This document shows, piece by piece, positions 16,339-22,962 of a DNA stretch of 22,962 bases. How positions within the stretch are numbered: the first letter of the stretch is position 1; each line of letters begins with the position of its first letter. A model generated the notes under the pieces. That model saw nothing but the letters and a program-made list of their open reading frames with translations. It did not search any database and was not told the origin of the DNA. The DNA comes from Frankiales bacterium (lineage in GTDB: Bacteria > Actinomycetota > Actinomycetes > Mycobacteriales > SCTD01): assembly GCA_031367045.1 (NCBI GenBank), contig JANLPD010000242.1, positions 1-22,962 on the forward strand. The letters are read 5' to 3'. The translations under genes were made by a program, and so were the position numbers.

Positions 16339-17823
16339 TCAGCGGGTGGCCCAGGCACGCGAGCGCTCGACTGCTGAGAGCCACCGGTCGTGGGTGCCGT
16401 CCGCGCGTACGCCAGCGGTCGGCTCGAACCGCCGGTCCAGCCGCCAGCTGCCGGCGAGCTCCTGGCGGCTCGACCACACGCCCGTCCCGAGGCCGGCCAA
16501 AAAGGCCGCCCCGAGGGCGGTCGTCTCGAGCACTTCGGGTCGCTGCACCGCGACCCCGAGCTGGTCGGCCTGCAGCTGGCAGAGCAGGTCGTTGGCGCTG
16601 GCGCCCCCGTCGACCTGCATCCCGGTCGGCTCCAAGCCGGCCTCCTGCGTCATCGCGTCTACGACGTCGCGCACCTGGAAGGCGATCGCGTCCAGGGTGG
16701 CCCGGGCCAGGTGGGCGCGCGTAGTGCCCCGGGTGATGCCGAGGATGGTGCCGCGGGCGTCAGGGTCCCAGTGCGGGGAGCCGAGCCCGGTCAGCGCGGG
16801 GACGAAGACGACCCCGCCGCTGTCCGGGACGCTGCGCGCGAGCCCCTCGACCTCGCTGGCGTCGCCGATCAGCTGCAGGCCGTCGCGTAGCCACTGCACG
16901 GCCGCGCCGGTCACGAAGACCGCCCCCTCGAGGGCGTAGACCAGCGAGCCGGCCGGCTCCATCCAGGCCACCGTCGTCAGCAGCCGGCTCGAAAGCACCG
17001 GCACCTCACCGGTGTTGACCAGTACGAAAGACCCGGTGCCGTAGGTACATTTGCTGCGCCCCGGCTCATAGCAACCCTGCCCGAACAGCGCCGCCTGCTG
17101 GTCCCCGGCGATCCCGGCGACCGGCACGTCCAGCCCGAGGAACGCTCCCGGGTCGGTGCGCCCCACCTCGCCGTACGACGCGACGACGTCGGGCAGCGCG
17201 GCCCTCGGGACGCCGAACAGCTCGCACAGCTCCTCGCTCCACCGGCCCGTGCGCAGGTCGAACAGCAGGGTCCGGCTGGCGTTGCTCCCGTCGGTGACGT
17301 GGCGGGCGCCGCCGGTGAGCCGGGCGACGATGTAGGAGTCCACCGTGCCGACGACGAGCCGCCCGCTCGTCACGCCCTCCCAGATGGCCGGGTCGTGCTC
17401 GGCCAGCCAGGTCAGCTTGGTGGCCGTGAAGTAGGGGTCGAGCCGTAGGCCGGTCAGCTCGGCGACGCGGGGCTCATGGCCGGCCTCTTTGAGCCGCTCG
17501 CAGATCTGCGTGGTGCGGCGGTCCTGCCAGACGATCGCCCGGCGTGGGGCGGACAACCGCTCCCTGTCCCAGACCACGACGGTCTCGCGCTGGTTCGTGA
17601 CCCCGATCGCGGTGACGCGCTGGTCCGGTGGCAGACCTGACAGCGCGAGCCGGCAGGCCTGCAGGGTCGAGACCCAGATCTCCTCCGGCTCGTGCTCCAC
17701 CCAGCCCGGTCGCGGGAAGTGCTGCGGGAACTCCTGGTAGCCCCGGCCGACCACGTGGCCGTCCGGCGCCACGACGAGAGCGGTGACGCCCGTCGTGCCG
17801 CAGTCGATGGCCAGCACGCTCAC
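16339..17823 (-). CDS. glpK: Glycerol kinase (FGGY family)
   Basis: GTG start at 17823 giving VSVLAIDCGTTG. Motifs HWDPDARGTILGITRGTTRAHLARATLDAIAFQVRDVVDAM, WLRDGLQLIGDASEVE and GGASANDLLCQLQADQLG match GlpK. The ORF-track start at 17928 would overlap the upstream gene. The chosen start lies 7 nt after the DUF1028 stop. Confidence 0.9.
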   Translation of the reverse strand: MSVLAIDCGTTGVTALVVAPDGHVVGRGYQEFPQHFPRPGWVEHEPEEIWVSTLQACRLALSGLPPDQRVTAIGVTNQRETVVVWDRERLSAPRRAIVWQDRRTTQICERLKEAGHEPRVAELTGLRLDPYFTATKLTWLAEHDPAIWEGVTSGRLVVGTVDSYIVARLTGGARHVTDGSNASRTLLFDLRTGRWSEELCELFGVPRAALPDVVASYGEVGRTDPGAFLGLDVPVAGIAGDQQAALFGQGCYEPGRSKCTYGTGSFVLVNTGEVPVLSSRLLTTVAWMEPAGSLVYALEGAVFVTGAAVQWLRDGLQLIGDASEVEGLARSVPDSGGVVFVPALTGLGSPHWDPDARGTILGITRGTTRAHLARATLDAIAFQVRDVVDAMTQEAGLEPTGMQVDGGASANDLLCQLQADQLGVAVQRPEVLETTALGAAFLAGLGTGVWSSRQELAGSWRLDRRFEPTAGVRADGTHDRWLSAVERSRAWATR

Positions 17824-17830
17824 CGGCCGC

Positions 17831-18634
17831 TCACCGCACGGCTGCGCGCAGCTTCTCGAGCACGACCGGGTCGATCCCGCCCTCCACCATCCGCTCCTCG
17901 TAGTTCTCGACCCCAGCCCAGGCGGCAAGCGTCGGGTAGCCCAGCGTCGCGAGCGCGGCGGCGACCTCGCCGGCCAGCTCGCCCTCGAGGGCCAGCACCG
18001 ACTCGGGCTTGCCGAAGTACAGGTCGTAGAGGTCGAGCAGCCGACCGAGCTCCTGCACCGGCGCGGGGTGGTCGTCGACCCGCACGTCGACGAGGACGTC
18101 GCTGCCGCCGCCGTACCCGCCTGCCTCGGAGACGACGTAGAGCGCCGCGCTCTGCCGGCCGCGCTTGTCCCCGCCGGCGGCGTCCCCGGCGGTCAGGGCA
18201 GCCAGCAGCCGTCGGGCCAGCGGGCCGTCGGCAGCGTCGTACGCCTGGCACATCGCGTCGACCACCTCGGGCCCGGTGAGGATGTTGCCCTGGGCGGCGT
18301 AGCCGTCGCCGGTGCGGCCGCCGGCCCACGCGTTGCAGGCACTGCCGGTGAAGGTCGCGGCCCGGCCGTCGCGGTCGACGATGCCCGCCTGGCGCTGGTC
18401 GCGCAGCTCGTCGGCAGACGTGAGCGCGGCCAGCACGTCCTGCGCGCTGCCGCCGGCTGCCAGCATCCGCAGGCCGTCGGGGCGGTAGGCGAGGTTGGCG
18501 AAGGACTGGGTCGCGATCGCCCCCACGCCGTACGACGCGGCGGGCACCGCGGCACCAACGGCGAGGAACTTGCTGGCGACCACGACTCCCCACTGGGACC
18601 CGTCGGCTGACCTGGCAACGAGGGAGAACGTCAT
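17831..18634 (-). CDS. DUF1028-family protein (Ntn-hydrolase-like fold) with C-terminal peptidoglycan-binding-like segment
   Basis: N-terminus MTFSLVARSADGSQWGVVVASKFLAVGAAVP is the canonical DUF1028 start (the Thr2 nucleophile is exposed after removal of the initiator Met). 267 aa. Confidence 0.8.
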   Translation of the reverse strand: MTFSLVARSADGSQWGVVVASKFLAVGAAVPAASYGVGAIATQSFANLAYRPDGLRMLAAGGSAQDVLAALTSADELRDQRQAGIVDRDGRAATFTGSACNAWAGGRTGDGYAAQGNILTGPEVVDAMCQAYDAADGPLARRLLAALTAGDAAGGDKRGRQSAALYVVSEAGGYGGGSDVLVDVRVDDHPAPVQELGRLLDLYDLYFGKPESVLALEGELAGEVAAALATLGYPTLAAWAGVENYEERMVEGGIDPVVLEKLRAAVR

Positions 18635-18653
18635 AGGGGGCGATGCTAGAGGC

Positions 18654-19142
18654 GTGACCAGAGTCTTCTACGACGCGGAGTTCGGTCGCACGGCGCCGGA
18701 CGTCACCCTCATCTCGATCGCAGCGGTCACCGAGGACGGGCGTGAGTACTACGCGGTGTCCAGCGAGTGGGACCCGCTGGACGTCCACCCCTGGGTGCGG
18801 GACAACGTGCTGACGCAGCTCCCGCCGGCCTCCACCTGGCAGCCGCGGTCGGTGATCCGCGACGAGCTCGAGGCCTTCCTCGGCGCCGACCCGGTGCTGT
18901 GGGCCTGGTATGGCGCCTACGACCACGTCGCGCTGGCGCAGCTGTGGGGGGACATGCCGAAACTGCCGCGTGCGATCCCGCGGTTCACCCTCGACGTGCG
19001 GCAGCTCTGGGAGCACCTCGGCCGCCCGGTCCTGCCCAAGCAGGAGAGCGGGCTGCACGACGCGCTCGCCGACGCCCGGCACGTCAAGCTCAAGTGGGAG
19101 GCGCTCGCCGAGAAGGCCTACCTGCTCGGCCTGCAGGTCTGA
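18654..19142 (+). CDS. 3'-5' exoribonuclease, RNase AS-like (Rv2179c homolog, DEDD/CAF1 fold)
   Basis: GTG start at 18654 giving VTRVFYDAEF...ISIAAVTEDGREYYAVSSEWDP...LWAWYGAYDHVALAQLWG...PRFTLDVRQLWE...LHDALADAR. Collinear with the recalled M. tuberculosis Rv2179c sequence. The track ORF from 18495 is an upstream extension that overlaps the DUF1028 gene. Confidence 0.8.
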   Translation: MTRVFYDAEFGRTAPDVTLISIAAVTEDGREYYAVSSEWDPLDVHPWVRDNVLTQLPPASTWQPRSVIRDELEAFLGADPVLWAWYGAYDHVALAQLWGDMPKLPRAIPRFTLDVRQLWEHLGRPVLPKQESGLHDALADARHVKLKWEALAEKAYLLGLQV

Positions 19143-19145
19143 GCC

Positions 19146-20183
19146 TCAGCGCGGCGTCAGGACCTCGATGACAACCTCGGCGAGTCCGTCGTAGCCAAGG
19201 GCGCGGGCCCCGGCGCGGGACATGTCCAGAACGCGGTCGCCGACGTAGGGCCCTCGGTCGTTGACCAGACAGTTGACCGACAGGCCGTTGGCGGAGACGT
19301 GCAGGACGGTGCCGAGCGGCACCTCTTTGTTGGCGCAGGTAAGGCGCTCCGGGTCGTACGGCGCGCCGCTGGCGGTCGGGTTGCCGACGAAGCCGGGGCC
19401 GTACCAGCTGGCGGTGCCCGAGATCGTCTGACCGGTCGGGCGGTAGCCCTGCGGGTAGCCCGAGCCGGCGGCCTCGACGAGCGCGAGCACCGGGCCCTCG
19501 CCCTGCCTGGCCCGACCCGAGCGGGCCGTCTGCGCGGGCGTGAGGGTGCGTGTGACGGAGGCCGACACCGCGTCGAGCTGGGCCTGTGCAGCGTCGAGGC
19601 GGGCCTGCTCGGCCGCCGCCTGCTCCTGCACCGCGAGCACCCGGGCGGTGGCCAGCAGGGCGCGAGCCCGGTCCTGGGCGGCAAGGACACCCTGGGCCTC
19701 GGCGAGCAGCCTCGTCCGGTAGGCGGTGGCGCGGACCCGCAGCGCCTTCACCTGGGCGGACTCCTGGGTGACGGCGTCGACGAGGTCCTGCTCCACCCGG
19801 ACCGCGGCTGCGGTGCCGCGCTGCGCGAGCGTCTCGAGCCCTGGCGAGGCCAGCCGGGTCTGGATGCCGCCCAGCGGGTCGACGTCGCGCCCGAGCATGT
19901 AGACCTCGCGGGCCCGCGCGTCGAGCCTGGCCTGCGCGACCTCCCGCTCCTGCGCCAGGCGCTCCAGCGCGACCCGCAGGCCGCCGTCGCGGGCCGCCTC
20001 GGCGTCGAGGTCGTCGGCGAGCCGGGCGGCGTCGGCAGTGACGAGCTCCAGCTCGGCGGTCAGGCGGGGAAGGTCTTTCGAGGTGACAGGCGGGGCGGTG
20101 TCGGCCCCCGCCCGGGCGCCCCACGGCAGGAACAGAGCAACCGCCAGCAGGGCCACCGTCACCGTCGTACGCCGGGGGTCCAC
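19146..20183 (-). CDS. Secreted coiled-coil protein with C-terminal RlpA-like double-psi beta-barrel (lytic transglycosylase-like) domain
   Basis: GTG start. Signal peptide RRTTVTVALLAVALFLPWGARAGA. Long A/R/E/Q-rich coiled-coil. C-terminus GTASWYGPGFVGNPTASGAPYDPERLTCANKEVPLGTVLHVSANGLSVNCLVNDRGPYVGDRVLDMSRAGARALG matches the RlpA DPBB domain. Confidence 0.8.
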   Translation of the reverse strand: MDPRRTTVTVALLAVALFLPWGARAGADTAPPVTSKDLPRLTAELELVTADAARLADDLDAEAARDGGLRVALERLAQEREVAQARLDARAREVYMLGRDVDPLGGIQTRLASPGLETLAQRGTAAAVRVEQDLVDAVTQESAQVKALRVRATAYRTRLLAEAQGVLAAQDRARALLATARVLAVQEQAAAEQARLDAAQAQLDAVSASVTRTLTPAQTARSGRARQGEGPVLALVEAAGSGYPQGYRPTGQTISGTASWYGPGFVGNPTASGAPYDPERLTCANKEVPLGTVLHVSANGLSVNCLVNDRGPYVGDRVLDMSRAGARALGYDGLAEVVIEVLTPR

Positions 20184-20257
20184 GGGGAAGCAGTCGGCGT
20201 AGGCGGAGGCGGTCTGAAGGGCTAGCGTCGGCCGGACCCGAGCGGAAGGTGCGTGGC

Positions 20258-21283
20258 GTGCGGATCGGTGTGCTCACGGGCGGCGGCGACTGCCCCGGCC
20301 TGAACGCGGTCATCAGGGCAGTGGTGCGCAAGGGCGTGGAGGTCTACGGGCACGAGTTCGTGGGGTTCCGCGATGGCTGGAAGGGGCCCCTCGAGGGCGT
20401 CACGATGACGCTTGGGGTGCCCCAGGTGCGCGGGATCCTGCCCCGTGGCGGCACCATCCTCGGCTCCAGCCGCACCAACCCGATCAAGCTCGAGGGCGGC
20501 GTCGAGCGGATCGAGCGCAACCTGCGCGAGCTCGGCGTCGACGCCCTGATCGCGATCGGCGGCGAGGACACCCTTGGGGTGGCCACCACCCTGGCGGCCG
20601 CCGGGCTGAACGTCGTCGGCGTACCCAAGACGATCGACAACGACCTGAGCGCCACGGACTACACGTTCGGCTTCGACACCGCCGTGCAGGTCGCCGTCGA
20701 CGCGATCGACCGGCTGCACACCACCGCCGAGTCGCACCACCGGGCGCTGATCGTCGAGGTGATGGGCCGCCACGCCGGCTGGATCGCCCTGCACTCCGGG
20801 CTGGCCGGCGGGGCCAACGTCATCCTGATCCCCGAGCGGCCGTTCGACATCGACGCGGTCTGCGAGTACGTCAAGCAGCGCTTCGCCCGCCAGTTCGCCC
20901 CGATCATCGTGGTGGCCGAAGGAGCCCAGCCGGCCGAGGGCACGCTGGCGCTCCAGGAGGCCGAGCTGGACGCCTTCGGGCACGTCCGTCTCGGCGGCAT
21001 CGGTCAGGTCCTCGAGCGCGAGATAGAGCAGCGCACGGGCTTCGAGTCGCGCCAGACGGTGCTCGGCCACGTCCAGCGCGGGGGCACGCCGACGGCCTTC
21101 GACCGGGTGCTGGCCACCCGCTTCGGCCTGCACGCGATCGACGCGGTGCACGAGGGCGCCAGCGGCGTCATGGTCGCGTTGCGCGGCACCGACATCATCC
21201 GGGTGCCCCTGGAGGAAGCCACCCGCGAGCTCAAGACCGTCCCGATCGAGCGGTACGCCGAAGCCGAGGTGTTCTTCGGCTGA
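20258..21283 (+). CDS. pfkA: ATP-dependent 6-phosphofructokinase
   Basis: VRIGVLTGGGDCPGLNAVIRAVV N-terminus, GGEDTLGVA, TIDNDL and MGRHAGWIALHSG motifs. GTG at 20258 with GGAAGG 9-13 nt upstream. The track start at 20249 is 3 codons earlier. Confidence 0.9.
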   Translation: MRIGVLTGGGDCPGLNAVIRAVVRKGVEVYGHEFVGFRDGWKGPLEGVTMTLGVPQVRGILPRGGTILGSSRTNPIKLEGGVERIERNLRELGVDALIAIGGEDTLGVATTLAAAGLNVVGVPKTIDNDLSATDYTFGFDTAVQVAVDAIDRLHTTAESHHRALIVEVMGRHAGWIALHSGLAGGANVILIPERPFDIDAVCEYVKQRFARQFAPIIVVAEGAQPAEGTLALQEAELDAFGHVRLGGIGQVLEREIEQRTGFESRQTVLGHVQRGGTPTAFDRVLATRFGLHAIDAVHEGASGVMVALRGTDIIRVPLEEATRELKTVPIERYAEAEVFFG

Positions 21284-21330
21284 CCTGCTCGTCCTGCTCG
21301 TCCTGCCCGTTCTGCCCGTGCTAGTCGGGT
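21284..21330. repeat. Short tandem repeats CCTGCTCGT x2 / CCTGCCCGTT / CTGCCCGTG in the pfkA-aroG intergenic region
   Basis: Sequence 21284-21330: cctgctcgtcctgctcgtcctgcccgttctgcccgtgctagtcgg. Confidence 0.6.
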
Positions 21331-21337
21331 CGCCTAG

Positions 21338-22669
<1,332 letters not shown>

Positions 22670-22732
22670 GGTCCGCTTCTGCCGGCGCGGAGGCGGCTGC
22701 CCGACAGCGTCGGCCCGATGTCACCACGGGAT

Positions 22733-22962
22733 GTGGCGATCTTGACGGGGGGGCCGAGCGGGCAAGATCGCCACTTTGTGACGGGGGCCGGCCGGGGGAG
22801 TTCAGCTGGCTGGCGCCGCCGCGCGGTTGTGGCGATCTTGACGGGGGGCCGAGCAGGCAAGATCGCCACTTTGTGACGGGGGCCGGACGGGGGAGTTCAG
22901 CTGGCTGGCGCCGCCGCGCGGTTGTGGCGATCTTGACGGGGGTGCCGAGCGGGCAAGATCGC
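22733..22962. repeat. Tandem array of 96/95-bp units (at least 2.4 copies, continues past window end), each with a perfect 12-bp inverted repeat GTGGCGATCTTG...CAAGATCGCCAC
   Basis: Units at 22733-22828, 22829-22923 and 22924-22962 (truncated by window end). Units differ only in G-run length and two SNPs. Palindrome arms at 22733-22744 / 22763-22774 with an 18-nt G-rich loop. Second half of each unit is TTTGTGACGGGGGCCGG(C/A)CGGGGGAGTTCAGCTGGCTGGCGCCGCCGCGCGGTT. Confidence 0.85.

Noticed and set aside
17824-17928. N-terminal extension of glpK (MPPGLGS...)
   Set aside because: It overlaps the upstream DUF1028 gene and is Arg/Ser-rich. The conserved glycerol kinase N-terminus begins at VSVLAIDCGTTG (GTG 17823).
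18495-18653. N-terminal extension of the RNase AS ORF
   Set aside because: It would overlap the convergently... rather, divergently oriented DUF1028 gene by 140 nt. The homolog alignment begins at VTRVFYD (GTG 18654).
18643-18657. Mini-ORF ATG CTA GAG GCG TGA (MLEA*) overlapping the RNase AS start
   Set aside because: Four codons, no support. Mentioned only because it lies in the 19-bp divergent spacer.
20184-20257. Possible c-di-AMP (ydaO-type) riboswitch upstream of the RlpA-like cell-wall gene
   Set aside because: Only 74 bp are available between the divergent starts, and no recognisable pseudoknotted ydaO core could be seen by eye. Cannot be excluded without a covariance-model search (Rfam RF00379).
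17820-20331. Large ORFs 17820..19082(-), 17783..18610(+), 19090..20331(-), 19299..20225(+)
   Set aside because: Alternative-frame or antisense reads across the DUF1028, RNase AS and RlpA-like genes. Arg/Gly/Pro-rich junk.
22733-22962. CRISPR array interpretation of the terminal tandem repeats
   Set aside because: The unit is about 96 bp, and the 'spacer' portions are identical between units apart from SNPs and poly-G length. CRISPR repeats are 24-48 bp with unique spacers. The palindrome plus G-tract structure fits a minisatellite or operator array instead.

Overview
High-GC (about 70-72%) actinobacterial chromosomal window. It contains about 27 protein-coding genes, no rRNA or tRNA, and no CRISPR array or obvious mobile element. 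Most of it is a conserved 'core' actinobacterial neighbourhood. From memory, gene order resembles M. tuberculosis Rv2178c-Rv2187 (aroG, RNase AS, PlsC acyltransferase, ArsA-like ATPase, SRPBCC/TB16.3, fadD15) and the Streptomyces glkA/pfkA/MacRS region. Gene content from left to right: an orphan pair of Tad minor-pilin genes (TadG-like, TadE-like) in a segment of clearly lower GC; a 500-aa polytopic membrane protein coupled to fadD15; a double zinc-ribbon membrane protein; a translationally coupled four-gene operon (SRPBCC, ArsA/Get3-like ATPase, small Cys protein, ROK glucokinase); an orphan pterin-4a-carbinolamine dehydratase; an operon of an alpha/beta hydrolase, a proline-rich membrane protein and a TIGR00300 (LOR/SDH-like) protein; a PlsC acyltransferase; a HisKA_3 sensor kinase plus LuxR/NarL response regulator; short NfeD, flotillin and a GYD protein; glycerol kinase coupled to a DUF1028 protein; RNase AS; a coiled-coil RlpA-like protein; ATP-PFK; and class II DAHP synthase. 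The feature most worth a second look is a 96/95-bp tandem repeat array with a perfect 12-bp palindrome that starts after aroG and runs off the window end. It is MIRU/VNTR- or iteron-like and is not CRISPR. Other non-coding oddities are AT-rich 14-bp direct repeats upstream of the dehydratase gene, 9-bp tandem repeats between pfkA and aroG, and an in-frame 12-nt minisatellite inside the zinc-ribbon gene. I cannot point to a definite new multi-gene 'system'. The best candidates for under-described biology are the repeat array, the ArsA-SRPBCC-Cys-protein-glucokinase operon, the TIGR00300 operon and the kinase/regulator plus flotillin module.
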